36,168 nt of DNA, taken from NCBI GenBank assembly GCA_016765235.1, contig JAESQH010000240.1, positions 1-36,168 of the forward strand, in the 5' to 3' direction. Below the pieces are notes generated by a model. The model was not told where the DNA came from. It ran no database searches and was given only the letters and a program-made list of their open reading frames with translations. Below are positions 1 to 9,405 of this stretch, in pieces. The stretch comes from Paracoccaceae bacterium. Lineage in GTDB: Bacteria; Pseudomonadota; Alphaproteobacteria; Rhodobacterales; Rhodobacteraceae. Position 1 is the first letter of the stretch. Every line of letters starts with the position of its first letter. Made by a program: the position numbers and the translations under genes.

Positions 1-143
1 TATTGCAAGAGGGAGAGCAAAGCCTGATGGTTCGGGTGGAAGTCGGCCTGCCGGCTGGAACTAGAGCGCGGTTTCACCTTTAGGTGAAAGGGGGCAAAAC
101 CTAAAATATTGATTGTGTGCATTTAGTTCTATCGAAGCGCGGC

Positions 144-1157
144 TCAGCTGTTTACTTCGGTTTCCAACGTTTCAATCTTGGATAAAATGTCATCAAAGTC
201 CGGCACTGGGCCGATGATCATTTCTTTCATGCCAGCGTAGTCATGACGCAATGCTACCGTTAATTCGGCACGTGGCATGAGCCGTAAGCTGCCCGGTTTT
301 GCCGTCTCATAACGCGCCCAAGCTGCTTTGAAAAAGACCGACTTGTGGTGTGCTACTTGCTCCAGAAGATCGAGATTCTCCAACGCACGTTCCTTCGCAG
401 GATGATCTATCAAAAGCGCCATATCGTAGTAGTGGCGGGACATCCTATCAGAAAGTGGTTTGGCTGGATCTTGATGGCTCAGCATGTGCAGAATTGTCGC
501 CTTCTCCCAGAAGGTGCGCTCAATTCCCAAGACCTGCGCCGAGGTTTCGGGCGAACCTAACAAGTCGGGAAATGCGTCGGACAGATACGGTTTGATGATC
601 AGATCTTCGGCAGGCAGCAGCACCCCCCGCGCGCCAAACTCAAATCAAATGACTGGTTTGACGTAACCTTGAGATGCATTGTTTTGCTGCTCAGACGGGT
701 AGGCAAACAGAAGTGTCTGTGCGTCATTAATATCAACCGAAAGCTGGAAGCCTTGCTCCAGATGTACATCAAAGGCGGCGTTCAGTGCTGACTGGAGAGA
801 CCCGCTTACAGTCTCCTCCGCGACCTTCTGCAGATCTTTTAAAAGCGCCTTATGTCTGACTCCAGACAGTTCAGGGTTTTCTGGATCATCGTCACCCGTA
901 AACCCGAGCCGTGCCCGATCAAGCGACAGATCCACATCTTCCGAAAATCGGTGAATGACATCGTAGGCTTTGGACAGCGAAGTGCCGCCTTTGAAGATCA
1001 GGTGATCGCCAAAGGATGGAAGCGCAAAGAGCTTATCAAGTGACCAACAAACCCAGAAATCTTTCTCGATTATGGCCTGAGAAAACCCTAACTGAGCTGC
1101 GGCTTCTTGGAATGCTTCAGCGCGCTGCTCGGGCGGTTCATTTGCAAAGCTGTCCAT
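144..1157 (-). pseudogene. abiEii: AbiEii/AbiGii-family nucleotidyltransferase toxin (type IV TA) interrupted by one in-frame TGA at 647-645
   Basis: Track ORFs 645..1250 and 144..623 are in the same frame. Reading through gives KPVI*FEFGARGVLLPAEDL. Motifs IEKDFWVCW, FKGGTSLSKAY, RFSEDVD, ERTFWEK and SRHYYD are present. True start ATG 1157 sits directly after the antitoxin stop. Confidence 0.9.
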
Positions 1158-1158
1158 A

Positions 1159-1755
1159 TCAGATACGCGCCGTGATCTGCTGCACGACCGGGAACATCCA
1201 AGCCGGCACTTGCCTGACCTGTTTCTGCAACTGATCTCTATCTTTGTCATTCAACGCGCGCGCCAAAGTGCTTATCACCTGATCAGTCACGCCGTCTTTG
1301 CCAACATAGCGCAGTGCCTGAAAAATAGCGCCAGACATATGACCGGCCCCAACAAGTGTTTTACGCGAAGCATTCCGGAAATGGATCACCTGTCGCCCCA
1401 CCGTTTTTGTTCGGGAAGGCCCGTCCGTCATATAGGTGCTCTTGGATGGCACTTGTGTTGAAAGCCCGAGTTGATTTGCAGCCGTTGCAGGCGAGACCTG
1501 AAGAACATAGTGATCTTTCCGGGCAATCGCTCGAGCCACATCATCAGCTGAAGGGTAGATCGTGCCAAACCGTACGCTGAGTTTTGGGTAATCATAGAGC
1601 CCACGGGTAAGCCGCCGGATCACACCTTGATCCGCCAGACGCGACAAAGCCTGATCAACGCTGGCGCGCGACCCCAAGTCCAACAGGTCCGTTGGCGCGA
1701 ATATAGCGCCGCGGCCCTTGCCTTTGATGCGTTGTAGAATCTTCGACATGATCAT
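1159..1755 (-). CDS. abiEi: AbiEi-like antitoxin / transcriptional regulator (DUF6088 family)
   Basis: N-terminal wHTH-like segment (DLLDLGSRASVDQALSRL..IRRLTRGLYDYP), GGAG SD upstream, and directly upstream of abiEii. Confidence 0.85.
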   Translation of the reverse strand: MIMSKILQRIKGKGRGAIFAPTDLLDLGSRASVDQALSRLADQGVIRRLTRGLYDYPKLSVRFGTIYPSADDVARAIARKDHYVLQVSPATAANQLGLSTQVPSKSTYMTDGPSRTKTVGRQVIHFRNASRKTLVGAGHMSGAIFQALRYVGKDGVTDQVISTLARALNDKDRDQLQKQVRQVPAWMFPVVQQITARI

Positions 1756-1771
1756 CTTCTATCTCCTGTTG

Positions 1772-1797
1772 TCAGAAAATAGGGTATGTTTTTCTGA
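1772..1797. promoter_or_regulatory. Inverted repeat TCAGAAAA-N10-TTTTCTGA, probable AbiEi autoregulatory operator
   Basis: Perfect 8-bp arms starting 17 bp upstream of the antitoxin start. AbiEi proteins are known to autorepress via promoter inverted repeats. Confidence 0.6.
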
Positions 1798-1972
1798 ATT
1801 ACAAGACTTTTTCTATACAGGCGATTTTATACGGAAATATTCACCCTGTAACAGAATGGACAGCCAGCCTTCAAAGCAGCCATTGTTACTAACTATTAGA
1901 GGGCAGATGAGTATTGCTTTATGCTCCGAGCAAAAATATGCATCGGTGCAAAGCATCGCCGTTTGGCATAGA

Positions 1973-2410
1973 TTAACCTGTAAAGTACTTGCGCGCCTTT
2001 TGGTGGTCCTTGAGCTGTTCAGGTCTGTATGGCTTCATTTCACCTAAATGCGATACGGCTTCGGCTTCCAAGCGCTCGATCACCGTAGGATGGAGTTGGA
2101 AGTTTTTACCGACCATCCTTGGCTTTGCGGGCCAGCGCTTCTCAATTAGCCCTAGCTTAAACATGAACGTTTCTTCATGTTGCATTCCTTTAGAATCTGG
2201 CGACGTCACCAACTCATTTTCACTAATTTGAATGCTGGGGACCCATTCGCGCAGTTCTTTAACCATCCACTCGATGGTGATGTCGCTTAATCGAGATTCC
2301 GGCTCAAGGTAGCTGCCGCCGATATCGCTATGACAGCCTGCAAACCAAACTTGTTTAAGCCATTGCGGGTCTGGTATGATCGGTGCGTCTGGATTAAAAG
2401 GACCGGGCAT
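1973..2410 (-). pseudogene. C-terminal fragment of a DUF2235 (Tle1-like alpha/beta hydrolase) protein
   Basis: Motif LKQVWFAGCHSDIGGSY is typical of the DUF2235 C-terminal half. The N-terminal catalytic part is absent and the upstream space is occupied by the LysR 3' end. Confidence 0.7.
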
Positions 2411-2480
2411 GTGCCCCGGCGAAAAAATTCGTTTTATTGAGTGCTAATTTATACTTATCGAAAATGTCGCGCTCAAGATA

Positions 2481-3398
2481 TTAACTGCCAGGCAACATCT
2501 CTGTAAGGCACAGCTGCAGCAACCAATCTTTGAACACTTCCGCGGAAGGTGTCAGAACTGCGCTCTTTGGTATGACAATATGGTATGCAGATGAACTGTC
2601 GAATGTCTGTTTAAGCGGGTTCACGACGGCGCCGCTCTTGAGTTCGCTTGCGATCAAGCTTTCTTCGATGAGAGAAACCCCTAGACCATTGATCGTCGAA
2701 CTCAGTAGAAAATGGCGGTCCTCATGAAAATGGCGGTCCTCACGCATCATCTGCGTCTGAGAAGATGATAGCTCCACGTGATTATTATTAAACCACTCTA
2801 ACCACATACGTTCGTCATCTACATGCAGTAAAGTACAATTTTTTACGTCTGTAACCTCGCGGATCGGGTTGGCCTCAAGATAATTTGGGCTGCAGACAAC
2901 CGCCATTTTTCCCGGCCAAAGCCGAGTCACGGAAAAACCCTTCCAGTCTCCGCGGCCCCAATGGACACCCAAATCAGCAAAACCTTCCGGACGCTCAAGT
3001 TTTACATAAGTGTTGTTGTGGTTCTGGAATGAGAGCTGGAGGTTTGGATGTGCCTCCCACAGGCTGCCTAGACGTGCAGACAACCAGCGGCTTGCGAACA
3101 TGGGTGGCACCGCAACGCGTACTGAGTCTGTTTTGTCTGTAACCTTATTTAGTCCCGCTTGGATCGTCCTAAGACCCTGTTCAACGTGAGAGGCAAGAAC
3201 TGCCCCTTGAGGTGTCAGCACCAGACCATTTGACTTTCTTTCAAATAAAAGAGTGCAAACCTCGGTCTCTAATTTTTTGATATGGTAGCTCACAGAACTT
3301 TGACTAATGTTCAATAATCGTGCGGCGCGTGTGGTATTTTTTAATCGAGAAACCACCTCAAATACTTGAATAGAATTAAGATTCTTAACTTTCAGCAT
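2481..3398 (-). CDS. LysR-family transcriptional regulator (GcvA-like)
   Basis: N-terminal HTH (FEVVSRLKNTTRAARLLNISQSSVSYHIKKLE..LFER) plus substrate-binding domain; divergent from the ABC operon. Confidence 0.93.
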   Translation of the reverse strand: MLKVKNLNSIQVFEVVSRLKNTTRAARLLNISQSSVSYHIKKLETEVCTLLFERKSNGLVLTPQGAVLASHVEQGLRTIQAGLNKVTDKTDSVRVAVPPMFASRWLSARLGSLWEAHPNLQLSFQNHNNTYVKLERPEGFADLGVHWGRGDWKGFSVTRLWPGKMAVVCSPNYLEANPIREVTDVKNCTLLHVDDERMWLEWFNNNHVELSSSQTQMMREDRHFHEDRHFLLSSTINGLGVSLIEESLIASELKSGAVVNPLKQTFDSSSAYHIVIPKSAVLTPSAEVFKDWLLQLCLTEMLPGS

Positions 3399-3442
3399 GT
3401 TGTACCCTCTGGATTGATAGCGCGCTGTTCAATCTGTATATC

Positions 3443-3457
3443 ATCTAATAATTAGAT
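3443..3457. promoter_or_regulatory. LysR recognition box ATCTAAT-A-ATTAGAT (T-N11-A)
   Basis: Perfect 15-bp dyad in the divergent intergenic region; T3444-N11-A3456 fits the LysR consensus. Confidence 0.65.
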
Positions 3458-3546
3458 AGTCTGTGAGAATCTTTGAATTTCTAAAAGAGTTTCACGCATT
3501 GTAGGGTTTTAAATATACGCCGCTTTGATGTGGTAGGGAGAGAAAT

Positions 3547-4314
3547 ATGACGAGTGCAGTTCTGCATATTCATAAACTTTGCAAATCCTTCGGGGGTGTG
3601 CACGCGATACGGGATCTCTCTTTTGAGGTTGGGCACGGCGAGATAGTCGGGCTGATAGGCCCAAACGGATCGGGAAAATCGACGACGGTGAACGCACTAG
3701 CAGGTGTATTTTCTGCATCGTCCGGAGAAATACTTCTCGCAGGTGCTCATATTCAGAAGTTACCCGAATATGAACGCGTGGTGCTTGGGCTTACCAGGAC
3801 GTTTCAAACTGCGAATGTTTTCCCCGATTTCACAGTCCGTCAACAGGTGGAGTTGGGTTGCAATTCGACATTAAAATCGCACCCTTTGTCTTCGGTCTTT
3901 GGGATTGGCATTCACGAAGGTGAAAACGAAAGTATTGCGGCCCGTGTAGAGGATATTCTCGAGATTACTGATCTTTTGGGTGTTGCCGAAGATCTGGTCA
4001 GCACTACATCAGCGGCGCAGCAACGGTTCCTAATGATAGCCACGGCGTTGGCGGCAGAACCCAAGATTATCCTGCTTGATGAACCTGCGGCAGGGATGGT
4101 TTCACATGAACGCAAAACGCTCGGCAATTTGATCAAACGCATTCGCGATCTTGGCACATCGGTGCTGGTGATCGAACATCACATGGCACTGATCATGGAG
4201 GTCTGTGACCGCATCGTCGTGCTGAACTTCGGCTCCAAAATCGCCGAAGGCACACCTTCAGAAATTCGGGACAATAAGGCAGTCATAGATGCCTATCTGG
4301 GCGAGGCTGTATAG
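3547..4314 (+). CDS. livG: Branched-chain amino acid-type ABC transporter ATP-binding protein (LivG-like)
   Basis: Walker A GPNGSGKS, RTFQ motif, Walker B ILLDEP, IEHHM, C-terminal AYLG. Confidence 0.9.
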   Translation: MTSAVLHIHKLCKSFGGVHAIRDLSFEVGHGEIVGLIGPNGSGKSTTVNALAGVFSASSGEILLAGAHIQKLPEYERVVLGLTRTFQTANVFPDFTVRQQVELGCNSTLKSHPLSSVFGIGIHEGENESIAARVEDILEITDLLGVAEDLVSTTSAAQQRFLMIATALAAEPKIILLDEPAAGMVSHERKTLGNLIKRIRDLGTSVLVIEHHMALIMEVCDRIVVLNFGSKIAEGTPSEIRDNKAVIDAYLGEAV

Positions 4315-5016
4315 ATGTTAGAAGTTAGAAACCTACATGTTGGTTATGGTCAGATTGAGGTCATTCACGGCATTGATCTGGATGTGAACGAGGGTGAATG
4401 CGTAGCCTTAATCGGAGCTAACGGGGCAGGAAAATCTTCTACGCTCAAAGCGATCTGCGGGCTGGTCCCGGCCAAACAGGGCACGATTAAGTTCAATGGC
4501 AAGGATATCACCAACCAAAGCGGCCATTCTATCGTACGTGCAGGCATCACCATGTGCCCTGAAGGTCGGCAAGTATTTCCGCAAATGAATGTTCTGCAGA
4601 ACTTACGTATGGGGGCTTATACCCGCAAAGACGCAGATCAGGCCCTTGATGTAGAAGAAATGATGAACATGTTCCCGATCTTGCGCGAACGCGCGTCACA
4701 GGCTGCGGGAACATTGTCTGGCGGGGAGCAGGAAATGCTGGCGATTGGTCGTGCGCTGATGGCTAGACCCAAGCTCTGTATCTTTGATGAACCGTCACTT
4801 GGTTTGGCACCCAAGATCGTCGCCGAAGTTGGCGAAACGATCGCCCGGATCAAGAGCATGGGTATGACCATTTTGTTGGTCGAACAGAATTCTTTGATGG
4901 CATTACGACTGGCCGACCGGGCTTATCTCTTCGAAGCTGGAGAGATCGTTCTGGAAGGTACGGGAGAAGAGCTTCAGTCACATCCAGAAGTCGTTAAAGC
5001 CTATCTGGGCCATTGA
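4315..5016 (+). CDS. livF: ABC transporter ATP-binding protein (LivF-like)
   Basis: GANGAGKS, PEGRQVF, LSGGEQEMLAIGRALM, FDEPSLGL, VEQN. Confidence 0.92.
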   Translation: MLEVRNLHVGYGQIEVIHGIDLDVNEGECVALIGANGAGKSSTLKAICGLVPAKQGTIKFNGKDITNQSGHSIVRAGITMCPEGRQVFPQMNVLQNLRMGAYTRKDADQALDVEEMMNMFPILRERASQAAGTLSGGEQEMLAIGRALMARPKLCIFDEPSLGLAPKIVAEVGETIARIKSMGMTILLVEQNSLMALRLADRAYLFEAGEIVLEGTGEELQSHPEVVKAYLGH

Positions 5017-5079
5017 AGAGTAAGCATTGTCGCTGTGGTTTTCAGCGCCAAAACAACGTAACATGGGAGAAGAAATATA

Positions 5080-6300
5080 ATGAAATTCACTACTGTAATG
5101 AAAACTAGCCTAGCCGCACTTGCTGCGGTCACGCTTAGTGGTACAGCAGGTTGGACGGCTGAAAAGACGCTGGACATTGGTGTTAGCGATGCGCTCACCG
5201 GCGGTGCCGCCGTATATGGCCTGCCACAGGCCAACGCAGTGAAGATGGCCGCTGAGGAAATCAATGCCGCAGGCGGTGTGCAAGTGGGTGAAGATACTTA
5301 CATGCTGAACGTCATTGCGTATGACGATAAGGCTAACCCGACCGAAGCTTCAAACTCAGTCCGCAAATTGCTGGACCGTGATGGTGTGAAATACATTCTT
5401 GGCTTCTGTTGCTCAGGAGCGACAGGCGCGGTTGCGTCATTTATCGAAAATGAAGACGCGGTGATGCTAGTAGGCAATGCTGCGGAACGTTCGATCACAA
5501 CGCGTGAAATTCCTAATCTCGTGAGAACTCGCCCGCCAGCAGATTACACGGGTGCCGCAGCAGGGACGTTTGTCGCACAACAAGGTCACAAACGGGTGGC
5601 TGTACTTGGCGCATTGGAAGTTTCGTTTTACGCAAGCTATGTCGACGCCTTTGAAGCAGAGTTTATCAAAGGTGGCGGTGAAATCATTACACGTGAAGTG
5701 TTTGCCTCCAAAGACCGGGATATGACACCGCAACTGACTAAAATCCGTGCGTTGAAACCTGATGCGATCCTTGTAGTAGGTTATGTTGAGCCAGCCGCCT
5801 TTATCTATCGTCAGTCGGTTGAACTGGGTATTGATGCGGCCCGCTATGGCTTCACCAGCGGCAGTGAAGAGCAATTCTTGCGGGTTGCAACTACGGAACA
5901 GATGGAAGGCGTTTGGGACCTTCGTCCGACTGAACTGACACTTCTATCTGCGAGCGCGAGTGGCATTGCCTATCACGCGAACTATTCTGAGAAGTTCGGA
6001 ATCTCTCCATCGCCTAGTTCGCCTTATGCTTACGATCAGACATATGCACTGAAAGATGCGCTGGAAGCAGCAGGCACTGTTGAGGACACGGCCGCCGTTG
6101 CCGCCGCTTTGCGAGAATTGCCGGTTCCGACTGAGGCAGTCATGCAATATTTGCCGATCGACAACAAAATGTTTGACGAAAACGGTCAAGCGTATACCTC
6201 GAATGGCGCATTCCAGTGGCGTGATGGCAACTGGGTCTTTGTTCAAGATTTGCCCTCTGATCCTGCCGCCTATTCAGCATTTCTGAGCACATTGGACTAA
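5080..6300 (+). CDS. ABC transporter substrate-binding protein (LivJ/K-like, periplasmic binding protein type 1)
   Basis: Signal-peptide-like N-terminus, IGV..ALTGGAAVYG, INAAGGV, YDD, DMTPQLTKIRALKPD. Confidence 0.9.
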   Translation: MKFTTVMKTSLAALAAVTLSGTAGWTAEKTLDIGVSDALTGGAAVYGLPQANAVKMAAEEINAAGGVQVGEDTYMLNVIAYDDKANPTEASNSVRKLLDRDGVKYILGFCCSGATGAVASFIENEDAVMLVGNAAERSITTREIPNLVRTRPPADYTGAAAGTFVAQQGHKRVAVLGALEVSFYASYVDAFEAEFIKGGGEIITREVFASKDRDMTPQLTKIRALKPDAILVVGYVEPAAFIYRQSVELGIDAARYGFTSGSEEQFLRVATTEQMEGVWDLRPTELTLLSASASGIAYHANYSEKFGISPSPSSPYAYDQTYALKDALEAAGTVEDTAAVAAALRELPVPTEAVMQYLPIDNKMFDENGQAYTSNGAFQWRDGNWVFVQDLPSDPAAYSAFLSTLD

Positions 6301-6429
6301 GACGAAAACTGCAGCGCCGCATTCCACCAAAACGGGCAGCGGCGTTGTATCACCTTAAAATCGCGAAATTTCCTTCCCGCACGCGGATCGAGCAGCGCGG
6401 AAAATAACCGGATAAGGGGCCGTAAAACG

Positions 6430-7290
6430 ATGATCGAGATAATACAGCAAATTGTAAACGGACTTGCGATCGGGGGTATTTATGTCCTCATCGCGCTTGG
6501 TCTAACAACGGTATTCGGAATTTTGGGGATCGCCCATTTTGCGCACGGATCAGTGTCCATGTTTGGGGGGTATCTCACTTTCTTCCTGGTGGTCCAGCAG
6601 GGTTTTCCATTGGTCGCAGCGATTTTGGTCGCGCTCTTGGTGGGAATGTTGCTTGGCGTCGTGATCGAGCTTTTGGCCTACAGGCCAGTGCGCAATGCCA
6701 ACCATATCAACGCCTTCATTGTCGCGCTTGGACTAACGATGATGGTCGAAGGTGCCAACCTTCACTTCTTTGGCGCTGAACAGATTGTTATCCCAACTGA
6801 TTTCAAGCGGGTTTTCAACATCGGTGGTGTTACGATCCCCGAACTGAGGCTGTATGTGATCGTTTCGGCCGCCGCTCTGGTTATTTGTATGACACTCTTT
6901 ATTGAGCGCACCAAAACAGGTCAGGCGATCCGCGCCGTGGCCGAAAATCGCGACGCTGCAATCCTGATGGGGGTAAACGTTAACACCATCCCACTAGTGG
7001 TTTTTGCAATATCGACAATGCTGGGCGTAGCGGCAGGGGTCATGGTCGGTTCGTTGTTCGCAATCGCTCCAGGTATTGGCGAAGGTCTGGTCATCAAAGG
7101 TTTTGCGGTTCTAATCTTGGGTGGTCTTGGATCGATCCCCGGTGCAATTGTCGGAGGCATCGTCCTAGGTGTGGCCGAGGCGCTAGCCGCCGGGTTCATA
7201 TCCTCTGCCTATAAAGATGTAATTGCCTTCGCAGTGATGATTATCGTGCTGCTGGTGCGCCCACAGGGATTGTTGGGAAAAGCAACATGA
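6430..7290 (+). CDS. livH: ABC transporter permease (LivH-like)
   Basis: NGLAIGGIYVLIALGLT..FAHG, GQAIRAVAEN, LGGLGSIPGA, VRPQGLLG. Confidence 0.92.
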   Translation: MIEIIQQIVNGLAIGGIYVLIALGLTTVFGILGIAHFAHGSVSMFGGYLTFFLVVQQGFPLVAAILVALLVGMLLGVVIELLAYRPVRNANHINAFIVALGLTMMVEGANLHFFGAEQIVIPTDFKRVFNIGGVTIPELRLYVIVSAAALVICMTLFIERTKTGQAIRAVAENRDAAILMGVNVNTIPLVVFAISTMLGVAAGVMVGSLFAIAPGIGEGLVIKGFAVLILGGLGSIPGAIVGGIVLGVAEALAAGFISSAYKDVIAFAVMIIVLLVRPQGLLGKAT

Positions 7291-8243
7291 ACATCTCAGC
7301 CAAACACATTTTTTACGCTACCGCTCTATTTCTGTTCATCGCACTGCCGCAACTGATCACTGTAAAGTACTATATACATCTCAGCATTCTGGCGCTTGTC
7401 TGGGTGATCGCGTCACAGGGACAGAACCTTATCCAAGGTTATACGGGCTATGTTTCCATCGTTCAGGCAGGTTTCATGGGCATTGGTGCATATAGCACAG
7501 CGCTGATGGGGATGCATTATGGCTTGCCAGTGTGGCTGACTATTATGCTTGCACCACTTGTGACGGCAGTCTTTGCAATTGCGACCGGTTATCCAAGCTT
7601 GCGGGTTAAGGGACATTATTTCGCGATTGTCACTCTAGCCTTCAACATGGTGATTTTTATCGTTCTTCTGAACTTTACAGATCTGACAAATGGCGAGGCT
7701 GGGTTGACCGGCATCCCGAAACCCGGCAATGGCAAAGATGGGTTAATTAACTTTGGCGACCGGGAAGTGTACTACTACTTTGTTTTGATTGTCGCTGTTC
7801 TGATGACAGTACTGGCGGCTCTCATTGCACGCTCTCGCATCGGTCAAATTCTAGTGGCGATCCGGCAGAATGAGGACCTTGTTGGCTCCATTGGCATCGC
7901 GGCATGGAAATACAAACTTTTTGCATTTGTCACCAGCGCGATGTTCGCGGGATTGGCAGGCGCGCTTTACGCTCACTACCAAAGCTTCATCAACCCCGAG
8001 ATATTCGGAGTGGCTCAGTCTCTTGACGCAATTCTCGCAGTGATCATTGGTGGCTCGGGTACAATTGCAGGCCCGGTCATCGGCTCCTTTATTGTGGTAT
8101 TCCTACCTGAGTACCTTCGTTTTGCCGACAGTTTCCGCCTGATCCTCTACGGGCTGATCCTTGTGCTGGCGACGATATTCATGCCGCGCGGTATCGCGGG
8201 TGTTGCCAGCGATCTCCACAAGAAATTGGTGCGACGCAAATGA
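7287..8243 (+). CDS. livM: ABC transporter permease (LivM-like)
   Basis: NLIQGYTGYVS, LRVKGHYFAIVTLAF, AIRQNE, IIGGSGT, PRGIAG; ATGA overlap with livH. Confidence 0.92.
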   Translation: MNISAKHIFYATALFLFIALPQLITVKYYIHLSILALVWVIASQGQNLIQGYTGYVSIVQAGFMGIGAYSTALMGMHYGLPVWLTIMLAPLVTAVFAIATGYPSLRVKGHYFAIVTLAFNMVIFIVLLNFTDLTNGEAGLTGIPKPGNGKDGLINFGDREVYYYFVLIVAVLMTVLAALIARSRIGQILVAIRQNEDLVGSIGIAAWKYKLFAFVTSAMFAGLAGALYAHYQSFINPEIFGVAQSLDAILAVIIGGSGTIAGPVIGSFIVVFLPEYLRFADSFRLILYGLILVLATIFMPRGIAGVASDLHKKLVRRK

Positions 8244-9394
8244 CAGCCCTGAGCAACGACGAAGCAGAGTGTGTGGTTGGGATTGAGGATTTTTCCAGAT
8301 CTACCGTTGCCCCTGTCGCGCCTGAATGGGCAAAGGGCAGAGCCCCTGATCCGAAATTATTGGTTCGGGCTGCTGAGCTGGGCCTAACGCGACTGGAGGT
8401 TCCGGTCGCAGACGGTGGGCTGGGATACAGCTTTGCCCTCAAGGCACGGGCGTGCGAGGTTCTCGCCGCAGCGGATTTCGGGTTCGCCATGTCGGTGGTG
8501 AATACCCACAATGCGGCGCTGAAACTGGCGCAATTTGGCTCTCACGAATTGAAGGCCTCCCATCTGCCCGCCTTGCTTTGGGGACAGGCCAGCGCTTGTA
8601 CCGCGCTGACCGAACGCACCACAGGGTCTGACTTTGCCGCCATCGAAATGCGCGCTGTCAAGGTCGCGGGTGGCTGGGTTCTGGACGGCGAAAAAACCTG
8701 GATAACAAATGCCCGCAATGCAGCACTTGCAATTGTTTATGCCCAATGTGGCGAAGTTGGAGACCGGAGCGGAATCGGTGCCTTTCTAGTCGACCTAACA
8801 GCACCAGGATGCCGCCGCTATGCGATCAGCTCTGCCTTTGCGCAGTCCAGCACCGGCACGGGCGGATTCACATTATCAGGTTACGAATTGACCGATGAAC
8901 ACCTATTGGTCGAACCGGGTCAGGCGTTTACCTCAATCATGTTAGAAATCAACGGCGCCCGCACCTATGTGGCCGCTATGTGCTGTGGCATGTTGGATTC
9001 CGCGCTGTCACTTTGTACCACATATGGGGCACAGCGACACTCCTTTGGACGACCTCTTGCAGCCCATCAAGCATGGCGTCTGCCACTGGCCCAGGCCGAA
9101 ACCGATCTGGCCGCTGCCCGTAGTCTGGTCCAATCCGCAACAAACTGCATAACCAGTGGCGAGGATGCCCAACTTCTTTCGGCTCAAGCCAAAATATATG
9201 CTGTTTCAACCTGCCAGAAACATCTGCCCGTGCTGCTTCATGCGATGGGTGCAGAGGGGCTGCGACAGGAATATCCCTATGCCCGACATCTGGGAGCGGC
9301 CCAGATCGCCGCCCTTGTAGATGGTTCAACCGAAATGCTTCTGGAGCGTGTCTCCAGATTGGCTCGGCCCGTGCCGACCCTGATAAAAAACTGA
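8240..9394 (+). CDS. Acyl-CoA dehydrogenase family protein
   Basis: ALTERTTGSD, W.LDGEKTWITNA, R.SFGRPL..HQ, AK.YA, GAEG..E.P, I..GSTEM; overlaps the livM stop. Confidence 0.88.
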   Translation: MTALSNDEAECVVGIEDFSRSTVAPVAPEWAKGRAPDPKLLVRAAELGLTRLEVPVADGGLGYSFALKARACEVLAAADFGFAMSVVNTHNAALKLAQFGSHELKASHLPALLWGQASACTALTERTTGSDFAAIEMRAVKVAGGWVLDGEKTWITNARNAALAIVYAQCGEVGDRSGIGAFLVDLTAPGCRRYAISSAFAQSSTGTGGFTLSGYELTDEHLLVEPGQAFTSIMLEINGARTYVAAMCCGMLDSALSLCTTYGAQRHSFGRPLAAHQAWRLPLAQAETDLAAARSLVQSATNCITSGEDAQLLSAQAKIYAVSTCQKHLPVLLHAMGAEGLRQEYPYARHLGAAQIAALVDGSTEMLLERVSRLARPVPTLIKN

Positions 9395-9405
9395 GAAGGT
9401 AAAAA

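Noticed and set aside
1-89. Open frame 3..83 (LQEGEQ..RFHL*) and hairpin TTTCACCT-TT-AGGTGAAA at 72-89
   Set aside because: Too short to identify. The 8-bp stem has no U-tract and no second copy, so no function can be supported.
645-1250. Track ORFs 645..1250 and 144..623 as two separate genes
   Set aside because: They are one gene split by an in-frame stop, and the first 31 codons overlap the antitoxin.
6308-6350. CAGCGCCGC..GCGGCGTTG stem after the SBP gene
   Set aside because: Long loop and no U-tract; it may stabilise mRNA but is not supportable as a terminator.
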